A stretch of 32,000 bases of DNA from Mycobacterium tuberculosis H37Rv (GTDB taxonomy: Bacteria; Actinomycetota; Actinomycetes; Mycobacteriales; Mycobacteriaceae), in NCBI RefSeq assembly GCF_000195955.2, contig NC_000962.3:3180001-3212000 (forward strand), read 5' to 3'. The notes under the pieces are model-generated. The model saw only the letters and a program-made list of their open reading frames with translations. It ran no database searches and was not told the origin of the DNA. The translations under genes and the position numbers were made by a program. Of this stretch, positions 16,864-26,434 are shown in pieces; the stretch's first letter is position 1; the number at the start of each line of letters is the position of its first letter.

Positions 16864-18285
16864 CTACTCGGCGATATTTGGGGCGTGGATCCGGGCCCAG
16901 GGCCGGGCCTCTTCGAGTTCGTAAGCCAGCTCCAGCAGCAGCGCCTCGCGCCCGGTATCAGCCGAGAGCATCATGCCCACGGGCATGCCGTCCGCGGATT
17001 GAGCCAACGGTAGCGAAATCGCCGGCACCCCCGTGACGTTCTGCACTGGCGTGAACACGACCCAGCTGCTCAGCCGGTCGAGCACCGTCTGATAGTCGGT
17101 AGGCGCAAGGTATCCGACCTGCGGAGTGGCCTCCGCGACCGTTGGCGTGAGCAAGACGTCGTAGGTACCGAAGAACCGCACGCTGCGCCGCCGTAGCATG
17201 CGCAGACGCATGATCGCCAACGGCAGCCGGTGCAGGTTGCGGCCGGTATGGCGGGCCAGCCCCAAAGTCAGTTCGTCCAGCCGGGTAGGGTCGAACGTCC
17301 TGCCGAATGTGCGCCGGCCGCTGCGCACTTGCGCCAGGGCCAAGAACCCCCAATAGAGCACGAAATCGTCCACGAAACTGGCCGGTGCCGGTGGGTGGTC
17401 GACGTGTTCTACCCGGTGACCTAGTTCCTCGAGCAGCCCTGCCAACTTCAGCGTCAGCTGCCGCACTTCGGGGCTGGCCTCGCGCAGAACCGAGCGGGTT
17501 ACTACGGCAATCCTCAGCCGCTGCTTAACGGGGCTTGTGACGTCCCCGACCGGCGGCAGCTGGTGGTTACGCCAAAGGCGCTCGGCCTCGCGGTAGAAGG
17601 CTGCGGTGTCGCGTACCGTGCGGGTCAGGACGCCATTGGCGACGATGCCCACCGGCAACCTGCGATACTCCGGCTCCAGCGGCAACCGGCCGCGCGACGG
17701 CTTGAGCCCGACCAACCCGTTGCAGGCGGCCGGAATACGGATCGAGCCGCCGCCGTCGTTGGCGTGCGCGATCGGCACCACGCCGGCTGCCACCAAGGCG
17801 CCCGATCCCGATGAGGAGGCACCCGCTGTGTAGTCGGTATTCCACGGATTACGGACCGGTCCCAGCCGAGGGTGTTCGGCCACGGCGCTGAAGCCGAATT
17901 CCGACAACTGCGTCTTGCCCAGGGACACCAGCCCGGTGCCCAGCACCACCCGGGTTATCTCGCTGTCGGCGACGGCCGCGTATGGTTCCCACGCGTCGGT
18001 GCCATGCATCGACGGCTGTCCGGCAACGTCGACGTTGTCCTTGATGAAGGTCGGCACTCCACTGAAGAACGCTTCCTGGCCCGTACCCATCGCGGCCGCG
18101 TCTCGCGCCACGTCGAAAGCCGCATACGCCAACGCGTTCAGTGCCGGGTTAACGGCTTCGGCGCGGGCGATGGCGGCCTCGACGACGTCTGCCCGACCCA
18201 CTCGACCTGATCGGATGGCGTCGGCGAGGGCGACCGCGTCGAGGTCACCAAGGGCATCGTCAACGAAAGCGTGTACGCGCGACAT
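16864..18285 (-). CDS. amiC: Amidase (amidase-signature family) AmiC
   Basis: 473 aa with the amidase signature: AGASSSGSGALVAAG and GGSIRIPAACNGLVGLKPS. It starts 6 nt after the tsf stop. Confidence 0.9.
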   Translation of the reverse strand: MSRVHAFVDDALGDLDAVALADAIRSGRVGRADVVEAAIARAEAVNPALNALAYAAFDVARDAAAMGTGQEAFFSGVPTFIKDNVDVAGQPSMHGTDAWEPYAAVADSEITRVVLGTGLVSLGKTQLSEFGFSAVAEHPRLGPVRNPWNTDYTAGASSSGSGALVAAGVVPIAHANDGGGSIRIPAACNGLVGLKPSRGRLPLEPEYRRLPVGIVANGVLTRTVRDTAAFYREAERLWRNHQLPPVGDVTSPVKQRLRIAVVTRSVLREASPEVRQLTLKLAGLLEELGHRVEHVDHPPAPASFVDDFVLYWGFLALAQVRSGRRTFGRTFDPTRLDELTLGLARHTGRNLHRLPLAIMRLRMLRRRSVRFFGTYDVLLTPTVAEATPQVGYLAPTDYQTVLDRLSSWVVFTPVQNVTGVPAISLPLAQSADGMPVGMMLSADTGREALLLELAYELEEARPWARIHAPNIAE

Positions 18286-18291
18286 ACCCGG

Positions 18292-19107
18292 CTAAGCCTG
18301 GCCCACCTCGAAGCGGACGAACCGTGTCACCGTCACGCCGGCCACGTCGAGCAGGGCCTTGACGGTCTTCTTATTGTCGGACACCGACGCCTGCTCAAGC
18401 AGCACCGCATCCTTGAAGAAGCCGTTCAGCCGGCCCTCGACAATCTTGGGCAGCGCCTGCTCCGGCTTGCCCTCGGCCCTTGCCGTCTCCTCGGCGATGC
18501 GGCGTTCGCTGGCCACGATGTCTTCAGGCACGTCGTCGCGGGACAGGTACCGCGCCCGCAGCGCGGCGATTTGCAACGCAACGGCGTGCGCGGCGGCCGC
18601 GTCGTCGCCGCGGTACTCGACCAGTACACCCACCGCTGGCGGCAGGTCAGCGGAACGTCGATGCAGGTAGGCTTCCACGGTCCCGTCGAAAATCGCCACA
18701 CGACGCAGCTCGAGCTTCTCGCCGATCTTGGCCGACAGCTCGGCGATCGCCTGCTCGACGGTCTTGTCGCCGATGCTGGCACCCTTGAGCGCGTCGACGT
18801 CGGCGGGCTTAGCTGCTGCCGCCGCCGCGACCACTTGGTCGGCCAGCGTTTGGAACTCCGCGTTCTTGGCAACAAAGTCAGTCTCGCAGTTGAGCTCGAT
18901 CAGCGCGCCGTCCTTGGCCGCCACCAAGCCCTCGGCCGTAGCCCGCTCGGCACGCTTGCCGACATCCTTAGCGCCCTTGATCCGCAGCGCCTCGACGGCC
19001 TTGTCGAAGTCCCCGTCGGTTTCGGCCAGCGCGTTCTTACAGGCGAGCATGCCGGCGCCGGTCAGCTCCCTCAGCCGCTTGACGTCAGCGGCAGTGAAGT
19101 TCGCCAT
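18292..19107 (-). CDS. tsf: Elongation factor Ts
   Basis: 271 aa starting at the ATG at 19107 ([27 protein letters not shown]), with an AGGAAAGG Shine-Dalgarno sequence upstream. The ORF track extension to 19239 overlaps rpsB and is rejected. Confidence 0.95.
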
Positions 19108-19118
19108 ATCAGCCTTTC

Positions 19119-19982
19119 CTAGGATGCATCTGTGGTTGGTTCGGTTGCGCCTGCGGGGGCGTCGGTGAGGGCAGTTGTTGACGCGGTTGCTGATGGCGTT
19201 GCCGAAGCTGTCGCCGAGGCCAGCAGCTCTTGCTCCCATTCGGCCAGCGGCTCGGCGGCTTCGGCCTCCGGCTTGCCGTCGGCGCGCCCCAGTCCGGCAC
19301 GGGCCTGCAGGCCCTCGGCGACCGCGGAAGCGATCACCCTAGTCAGCAGCGCGGCCGAGCGGATCGCGTCGTCGTTGCCTGGGATTGGGTAGTCGACCTC
19401 GTCGGGGTCGCAGTTCGTGTCAAGGATCGCGATGACCGGGATGCCCAGTTTGCGGGCCTCACCGACGGCAATGTGCTCTTTGTTCGTGTCGACGACCCAG
19501 ATCGCCGACGGCACCTTGGCCATGTCGCGGATGCCGCCGAGGCTGCGCTCGAGCTTGTTCTTCTCGCGGGTCAATCCCAAGATTTCCTTCTTGGTGCGGC
19601 CCTCGAAGCCACCGGTCTGCTCCATCGCCTCAAGCTCCTTGAGGCGTTGCAGCCGCTTATGCACGGTGGAGAAGTTGGTGAGCATGCCTCCCAGCCAGCG
19701 CTGGTTCACATACGGCATGCCGACCCGGGTGGCTTCGGCGGCCACCGACTCCTGCGCCTGCTTCTTTGTGCCGACGAAGAGCACCGACCCACCGTGAGCG
19801 ACGGTCTCTTTCACGAACTCGTACGCCTTATCGATGAAGGTCAACGTCTGCTGCAGGTCGATGATGTAGATGCCGTTGCGGTCGGTGAAGATGAAACGCT
19901 TCATCTTGGGATTCCAGCGACGGGTCTGATGCCCGAAGTGGGTGCCGCTGTCAAGCAGCTGCTTCATGGTGACTACGGCCAT
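19119..19982 (-). CDS. rpsB: 30S ribosomal protein S2 with an Ala/Thr/Glu-rich actinobacterial C-terminal tail
   Basis: 287 aa, [27 protein letters not shown]..., the canonical S2 sequence. Confidence 0.97.
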
Positions 19983-20265
19983 ACCTATGCCTTACTCATG
20001 TGTCGGTTGTTCGCCCGGCATCGGCTGAAGCCGGGCCCTGGCGTCTGCCGCGATGCCGGACCCGGGAGGAAATCCCCGAAGGGAACCGCCGCGGGACCGC
20101 CCCGGCATGCTGTTGCGGATCCCGGAAAGGCGGGCCGCGGTGCAGACACGCGAAGTCAGCCCGCCGATGCGAGCTGCGCCGAGTAGTTTACACCGACCCA
20201 GCTGGTGATTTTCCCGGCAGCGGAATCCACAGCGACGACATTGTCCACAAAACGGGCGGCGGCGA

Positions 20266-21015
20266 TTGGCCAAATCGCCCGCGCGGCGCTGCACTGCAAA
20301 GGTACGGAGGGTTCTGAGCCGCAGCGTACTGATCCTTTGCTGGTCGCTGCTTGGTGCGGCGCCGGCCCATGCCGACGACTCCCGGCTGGGCTGGCCGCTG
20401 CGGCCGCCGCCGGCGGTAGTCCGGCAGTTCGACGCCGCATCGCCCAATTGGAATCCGGGGCACCGCGGTGTCGACCTGGCCGGGCGCCCCGGTCAGCCGG
20501 TTTACGCGGCCGGCAGCGCGACGGTCGTATTCGCCGGGCTGCTCGCGGGACGGCCGGTGGTTTCACTGGCCCACCCGGGTGGGCTACGCACCAGCTACGA
20601 GCCGGTAGTCGCCCAGGTCCGGGTCGGTCAGCCGGTGTCGGCGCCCACCGTGATCGGCGCGCTGGCGGCCGGGCACCCCGGGTGCCAGGCCGCCGCCTGT
20701 CTGCACTGGGGGGCGATGTGGGGCCCGGCTTCGGGCGCCAACTATGTCGATCCGCTGGGCCTGCTGAAGTCCACACCGATACGGCTCAAGCCGCTATCCA
20801 GCGAAGGGCGGACGCTGCATTACCGCCAAGCGGAACCCGTATTTGTGAACGAAGCCGCCGCCGGTGCTCTGGCCGGCGCTGGCCATCGGAAATCCCCGAA
20901 GCAGGGCGTTTTCCGCGGTGCCGCGCAGGGCGGTGACATCGTCGCCCGGCAACCGCCAGGCCGCTGGGTTTGCCCATCGAGCGCGGGCGGCCCAATCGGG
21001 TGGCACCGACAATGA
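20266..21015 (+). CDS. Secreted M23 (LytM-type) metallopeptidase family protein (Rv2891-like)
   Basis: TTG start and a signal-like segment ([16 protein letters not shown]). The M23 motifs are HRGVDL and CLHWG, and YVDPLGLL marks the domain end near residue 177. The last ~73 codons overlap PPE45 on the opposite strand. Confidence 0.8.
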   Translation: MAKSPARRCTAKVRRVLSRSVLILCWSLLGAAPAHADDSRLGWPLRPPPAVVRQFDAASPNWNPGHRGVDLAGRPGQPVYAAGSATVVFAGLLAGRPVVSLAHPGGLRTSYEPVVAQVRVGQPVSAPTVIGALAAGHPGCQAAACLHWGAMWGPASGANYVDPLGLLKSTPIRLKPLSSEGRTLHYRQAEPVFVNEAAAGALAGAGHRKSPKQGVFRGAAQGGDIVARQPPGRWVCPSSAGGPIGWHRQ

Positions 21016-22020
21016 ACCAGCCGAGCTCCCCTTCCCCAAAGCGGCCGATACCGATCCGCCAATGCTTTCTCGGTCTAGTGCCCAGTACCAGTACGGCTGG
21101 GGCGTCTGAACCCCGCCAACAGCACCGCCGCCTGCCACACTTGGGCTCGCCCGCGGGCCGGCGAAGATGGTTGGACCCCAGCTGTCAAGCACCGAGGATC
21201 CCGAGTCACCGGCGCCGCCCGGGGTGCCCGGGATCGCTTGCTGGGCGAGCGAAGCCTCGAATTGCAGTAGCCCTTCGTCGAAGTAGCTGATGCCCAGCAA
21301 CCGAACGATCGTCATCCTGTTGTCAGGCGTGAGACCGAGAAGATTCTCCGCGAGCCATTGCTGCAATGCCGAGTACCACGGGATCAGTGACGTCGACGAG
21401 AGTTGCTGCAACAGTTGGGGCACCGCGGCGGTGGTGGCCAGCGGTGGGACCGTCGACGATACCGTCGCCGCCGCCTGGCCGGCCAGCGCGGCAGGGCTGG
21501 TAGTCACTGGCGCCGCGGTGAACGGGGTCAACTCCGTGGCGATTGCCGCGGAGCCCGCATAGGCGTACATGGCGGCAGCGTCTTGGGCCCACATCTCGGC
21601 GTATTGGGCCTCGGTGGCCGCGATCGCCGGGGTGTTCTGCCCGAAAAAGTTGGTCGCGACCAGCGCCACCAACAGCGCGCGGTTGGCAACGACCACCGGC
21701 GGGGGCACCGTCATCGCAAACGCCAGCTCATAGGCTGCCGCGGCCGCTCTGGCCTGCATGCCCGCCTGTTCAGCCTGACCGGCGGTGGCGCTGAGCCACG
21801 CCACATAAGGCGTGACCGCGGCCACCATCGACGCCGCTGCGGGCCCCGCCCAGTACGCACCGGTCAGCTCCGAGATAGCCAACCGGTAGCCGCCGGCGGC
21901 CAAGCCCAATTCAGCCGCCAAACTATCCCAGGCCGCCGCGGCGGCCATCATGGGCCCCGATCCCGGACCTGCGTACATTCGACCGGAGTTGATCTCGGGC
22001 GGCAACACCCCAAAGTCCAA
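20794..22020 (-). CDS. PPE45: PPE family protein PPE45 (SVP subfamily)
   Basis: 408 aa with a TTG start and a GGAGGG Shine-Dalgarno sequence. The N-terminus is [20 protein letters not shown]. The C-terminus has LSVPPDWA and ends [14 protein letters not shown], typical of PPE-SVP proteins. Confidence 0.9.
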   Translation of the reverse strand: MDFGVLPPEINSGRMYAGPGSGPMMAAAAAWDSLAAELGLAAGGYRLAISELTGAYWAGPAAASMVAAVTPYVAWLSATAGQAEQAGMQARAAAAAYELAFAMTVPPPVVVANRALLVALVATNFFGQNTPAIAATEAQYAEMWAQDAAAMYAYAGSAAIATELTPFTAAPVTTSPAALAGQAAATVSSTVPPLATTAAVPQLLQQLSSTSLIPWYSALQQWLAENLLGLTPDNRMTIVRLLGISYFDEGLLQFEASLAQQAIPGTPGGAGDSGSSVLDSWGPTIFAGPRASPSVAGGGAVGGVQTPQPYWYWALDRESIGGSVSAALGKGSSAGSLSVPPDWAARARWANPAAWRLPGDDVTALRGTAENALLRGFPMASAGQSTGGGFVHKYGFRLAVMQRPPFAG

Positions 22021-22419
22021 CGCCCATCCCTCCCTAGCCGGCCGGGATCACGGCGTGGTTACGCGCCCCACCCGAATAGGCAGTGGTACGTGATGCGGTC
22101 ACGAACTGGTCTTGAATCGCCAGCCTCAGGTCGCTGATCGCTGACAGCGGCCCCGGTCGTCGAACAAGCCAGTCCATCCTGTGCCCTCATCCCTGATAGC
22201 TGGATTTTGGCGGCTTGACATCGGCCGCACCAGCGTTTCTGGGTAAGTGCTTACAAACGAGACGCATTTGCTGTGACCGGAGCCGAATGTTTGATTCCCG
22301 GCCAGCTACCGTTCACCTGAAGGAAGTCGGCGCGTTACCCACAGCTCGATATTCGGGGTCCTGCCGGCCCGAACCGCCACCGCACAATCGATGCCGGCTT
22401 CGCGGCTACCGTCGACTCC

Positions 22420-23397
22420 ATGACCGTTGCCAGCACCGCTCACCATACACGTCGGCTACGTTTCGGGTTGGCGGCACCGTTGCCCCGCGCGGGCACCCAG
22501 ATGCGCGCCTTCGCGCAGGCTGTCGAGGCCGCCGGGTTCGACGTGCTGGCCTTCCCGGACCACCTGGTGCCTTCGGTTTCGCCGTTCGCAGGCGCGACCG
22601 CCGCGGCGATGGCCACGCAACGACTGCACACCGGCACATTGGTGCTCAACAACGACTTTCGCCATCCCGTGGACACCGCTCGAGAGGCGGCCGGTGTGGC
22701 AACCCTCGCCGAAGGCCGCTTCGAACTGGGACTGGGCGCCGGACACCGGAGGTCCGAATACGACGCCGCCGGCATTACCTTCGATTCCGGGGCAACACGG
22801 GTGGCGCGGCTCATCGAATCGGCGCACCTGATCCGTGCGCTGCTGGACGCGGAGCCCGTCGACTTCGACGGGCAGCATTACCGGGTGCACGCCGAAGCGG
22901 GCTCACTGGTGGCACCGCCGAAGGTCCGGGTCCCCCTGCTAGTGGGCGGCAACGGGACCGAGGTGCTGCGGCTGGGCGGACGCATCGCCGACATTGTCGG
23001 CCTGGCCGGGATCAGCCACAACCGCGACGCCACCCAGGTCCGGTTCACCCACTTCGACGCCGACGGCCTGGCCGACCGGATCGCCGTGGTACGTCACGCG
23101 GCCGGCGATCGCTTCGAAGCCATTGAGCTCAACGCGCTGATCCAGGCGGTGGTCTGCACCAACGACCGAAACGCGGCGGCCGCCGAACTGGCCGCCACCT
23201 TGGGCGGGATCACGCCCGAGCAGGTCCTCGAGTCGCCGTTTCTGCTGCTCGGTACCCACGAGCAGATGGCCGAGGCTCTCGCCGCGCGGCAGCGGCGGTT
23301 CGGTGTCAGCTATTGGACGGTGTTCGACGAGTGGGCTGGCCGCGCGTCGGCAATGCGCGACATCGCCGAGGTCATCGCGCTCCTGCGCTACGGCTAG
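22420..23397 (+). CDS. Luciferase-like monooxygenase (LLM) class, probably F420-dependent oxidoreductase (Rv2893-like)
   Basis: 325 aa. The LLM-type features are LRFGL...[12 protein letters not shown]...NNDFRHP...FELGLGAG. Confidence 0.82.
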
Positions 23398-24290
23398 GCC
23401 CGCGGATGGGCCCGCTCGTGCACCGCCCGCAACCGGGCGACCGCGACGTGGGTGTACAGCTGCGTGGTCGCCAGGCTGGAATGACCGAGCAGCTCCTGGA
23501 CCACCCGCAGGTCGGCGCCACCTTCCAGCAGGTGGGTCGCCGCGCTGTGCCGCAGCCCGTGCGGCCCCATATCGGGTGCGCCGTCCACCGCGGCCACGGT
23601 CTGGTGCACCGCAGTGCGTGCTTGCCGCACGTCAAGGCGCCGGCCCCGGGCACCCAGCAGCAGCGCGTGCCCGGACTCCGCGGTGACCAGCGCGCGACGG
23701 CCGTCGACCAGCCAGGCGTGCAGCGCATCGGCGGCTGGCTGCCCGAACGGGACGGTGCGCTGCTTGTTGCCCTTGCCGAGCACCCGAACCAACCGATGGC
23801 CGGTGTCGATGTCGTCGACGTCCAGGCCGCACAGCTCGCTGACCCGGATACCGGTGGCGTACAACAGCTCGACGATCAACCGGTCCCGCAGCGCTAGCGG
23901 ATCACCTTGCTCTGCACCAGATTCGGCAGCCGCCATGGCGCGCAGCGCCTGATCCTGACGCAGCACCGCCGGCAAGGTGCGACGGGCCTTCGGCACCTGT
24001 AGCCGGGCCGCAGGATCACCGGCCAGTAGCCCGCGCCGCACCGCCCAGGCGGTGAATGCCTTAACCGCCGAAGTGCGCCGCGCCAGCGTCGTGCGGGCGG
24101 CGCCCGCTCCCGCCGTCGCGGCCAGCCAAGACCGCAGGACCGAAAGGGTTAGTGCGTCCAGACTCGATCCGCGATCGGCGAGAAACGCGAAGAGCGATCT
24201 TAGATCGCCCAGGTAGGCACGACGGGTGTGCACCGACCGACCGCATTGCAGGGCAAGGTATTCGTCGAACTCGTCAAGGATCGCCTGCAC
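23394..24290 (-). CDS. xerC: Tyrosine recombinase XerC
   Basis: 298 aa starting at the GTG at 24290 ([14 protein letters not shown]...). The catalytic region is [39 protein letters not shown]. Confidence 0.92.
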
Positions 24291-24380
24291 TCCCCCACAG
24301 TCGCAGGCATGACGTCTCGAGCCCGAGTCGACGCGCCGCACCGTGTCCGGGGTGAGATCTTTCGGCCTGGGATAGCCGAC

Positions 24381-25232
24381 CTAGTGAGTCCCGGCCTCCG
24401 CCTCAGCCAGTTCTTTCTTCCATTTGCGGAACATCTCCTCGGTGCGTCCGCGCCGCCAGTAACCGGAGATCGACGACGCCCATTTGGCATCCACACCGCG
24501 CTCGTTGCGAACGTATGGCCGCAAGTTATGCATGACGGCTTGCGCCTCACCGTGAATAAAGACGTGGACCTGTCCCGGCAGCCACGCGGTGGTGGTGACC
24601 GCCTCGATCAGCGGCGCGTGATCACCGGCGCGGTCCTCGGGAACCAGATCGGCGCGCCCGCCGCGATAGACCCAGTTCACCTCGACGGCATCCGGCGCGG
24701 TCAGGCCGATCTCGTCGTCCGGGCCGGCAACTTCGATGAATGCCCTACCGATTGCGTCGGGGGGCAACGCTTCCAGCGCGGCGGCGATGGCGGGGATCGC
24801 CGATTCGTCACCCGCCAGCAAATGCCAGTCGGCGGCTGGGTCGGGGGCGTACGCGCCGCCGGGGCCCATCAGGTAGATCGGTTGCCCACGCTGGGCCCCA
24901 GCCGCCCACGGACCGGCTACCCCGTGCTCACCGTGCAGCACGATGTCCACGGCGATCTCGCGGGCCGCGGCGTCGACATGACGAACGGTCATGGTGCGCA
25001 CCGGCGGCCGCTTCGCGGTGGGCAGGTCGGCGAAGCTGTCCAGGGTCAGCGGCCGGGGCAACCGCCCGACATCGACATCGTCGTCGACGAACACCAGCTT
25101 GATGTAAGAGTCGGTGAAGTCGCTGGGGACGAATGTGTCGAAGCCGCTGCCGCCGAGCACTACCCGGACCATGTGCGGCGCGAGGTGTCGGGTAGCGACA
25201 ACCTCAAAGGCGTGCAATGGTCGACCCGCCAC
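24381..25232 (-). CDS. viuB: Siderophore-interacting protein / FAD-binding ferric-siderophore reductase (ViuB-like)
   Basis: 283 aa starting at the GTG at 25232. It has an FAD-binding-9-like N-terminal half (RTMTVRH) and a SIP C-terminal half. The ORF track extension to 25346 is unsupported. Confidence 0.82.
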   Translation of the reverse strand: MAGRPLHAFEVVATRHLAPHMVRVVLGGSGFDTFVPSDFTDSYIKLVFVDDDVDVGRLPRPLTLDSFADLPTAKRPPVRTMTVRHVDAAAREIAVDIVLHGEHGVAGPWAAGAQRGQPIYLMGPGGAYAPDPAADWHLLAGDESAIPAIAAALEALPPDAIGRAFIEVAGPDDEIGLTAPDAVEVNWVYRGGRADLVPEDRAGDHAPLIEAVTTTAWLPGQVHVFIHGEAQAVMHNLRPYVRNERGVDAKWASSISGYWRRGRTEEMFRKWKKELAEAEAGTH

Positions 25233-25264
25233 ATGTCCTCCTGTCCAGACCCGACCCGCGTCGA

Positions 25265-26434
25265 CTATACGAGCCGGGCCGCTGCACCCTTGGCCGCGGC
25301 CTGACCGGCACCGGCGCGCAATATTCGCCACCGCCCGTCGCGACACTCGGCCAACCCGGCGACCTCGAGGATTGCCAGCGGACCTAGCACCTGCGCGGGC
25401 AGCAGCCCGGAGCCGACAGCGATCTCATCAATGGTAGCGGCGCCGCGGCCCGGCAGGGCCTCGTACACTTGGCGTTCGGCTTCGCTTAGCACGTCGAGCG
25501 CTGCGCCGGGCCGCGGTTCATCACCGGCCAACTCACCGATGTGACCGACGAACTCGACGATATCGTCGGCCCGGGTGACCAACTCCGCGCCATGGCGAAG
25601 CAGCGTATGACAGCCCGCCGATGCCGAGGATGTCACCGGGCCGGGCACCGCTGCCACCACCCGGCCCAATGCCCGCGCCCAGGCAGCGGTGTTGGCGGCG
25701 CCGCTGCGCAGGCCCGCTTCCACCACTACCGCCGCCCTCGCGACCGCGGCCACCAACCGGTTGCGGGTTAGGAACCGGTGCCGGGCCGGACGGACACCGG
25801 GCGGGTATTCGGTGAACAGCACCCCATGTTGGGCAATGCGATGTAGCAACGCCGAATGGCCCGCCGGATACGGGATGTCAAATCCGCCGGCCAGTACGGC
25901 CACGGTGATGCCCTCGGAATCCAGCGCCGCGCGGTGAGCCGCACCGTCGATCCCGTAGGCGCCACCGGAGACGACCGCGACGTCGCGCTCTGCCAACCCG
26001 GCGGCCAGATCGGCCGCGACATGCTCGCCGTAGGCCGTCGCAGCCCGGGTTCCAACGACGGCGGCCGCACGTGGTGCCACTTCGTCCAGGCGCGCGGGGC
26101 CCAGGGCCCACAACACCAGCGGCGAGTGGCCGCACGGCCTTGCCCGGGCTCCGGCGCCACTGAAAGCGGCGAACGCCAGCACCGGCCACTCGTCGTCGTC
26201 GGGAGTGATCAGACGCCCACCGCGGCGCATGAGTAGCTCGAGATCGTCTGCGGCCCGGTCTATTTCGCGTCGGGCACCGGTGTGCTGCGCCAGCTCGTTA
26301 CCGACCTGCCCGCGGCGCACCCGGTCGGCGGCCTCCACGGGGCCCACACATCGCACCAGCGCGGCCAGCTGGGCGCACGGCGGTTCGGCCACCCGGGACA
26401 GATAGGCCCACGCCCGCGCCGTCGGATCGATCAT
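25265..26434 (-). CDS. dprA: DNA-processing protein DprA (Smf)
   Basis: 389 aa starting at the ATG at 26434, which overlaps the upstream stop as ATGA. The DprA core reads VVSGGAYGIDGAAHRAAL...GITVAVLAGG. There is a C-terminal winged-helix-like region. Confidence 0.9.
   Translation of the reverse strand: MIDPTARAWAYLSRVAEPPCAQLAALVRCVGPVEAADRVRRGQVGNELAQHTGARREIDRAADDLELLMRRGGRLITPDDDEWPVLAFAAFSGAGARARPCGHSPLVLWALGPARLDEVAPRAAAVVGTRAATAYGEHVAADLAAGLAERDVAVVSGGAYGIDGAAHRAALDSEGITVAVLAGGFDIPYPAGHSALLHRIAQHGVLFTEYPPGVRPARHRFLTRNRLVAAVARAAVVVEAGLRSGAANTAAWARALGRVVAAVPGPVTSSASAGCHTLLRHGAELVTRADDIVEFVGHIGELAGDEPRPGAALDVLSEAERQVYEALPGRGAATIDEIAVGSGLLPAQVLGPLAILEVAGLAECRDGRWRILRAGAGQAAAKGAAARLV

Noticed and set aside
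19230..20186. 318 aa plus-strand ORF
   Set aside because: It is antisense to rpsB and runs into the intergenic leader. It has no homology signal and lies on the strand opposite a canonical ribosomal protein gene.
22215..22244. Perfect TTGACA -35 hexamer (22215..22220) in the PPE45 / LLM-oxidoreductase intergenic region
   Set aside because: No acceptable TANNNT -10 hexamer lies at 16-19 nt spacing, and the site is 200 nt from the downstream start. The support is insufficient.
23394..23397. Convergent LLM-oxidoreductase and xerC stop codons sharing the palindrome CTAG
   Set aside because: The 4 nt overlap is real but is a trivial consequence of TAG being nearly self-complementary. There is no evidence of function.
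24228..25304. 358 aa plus-strand ORF. The 315 aa (29862..30809) and 303 aa (30876..31787) plus-strand ORFs were rejected for the same reason
   Set aside because: They are antisense to viuB and fdhF respectively. All are Arg/Gly/His-rich with no motifs, while the minus-strand genes have clear family signatures.
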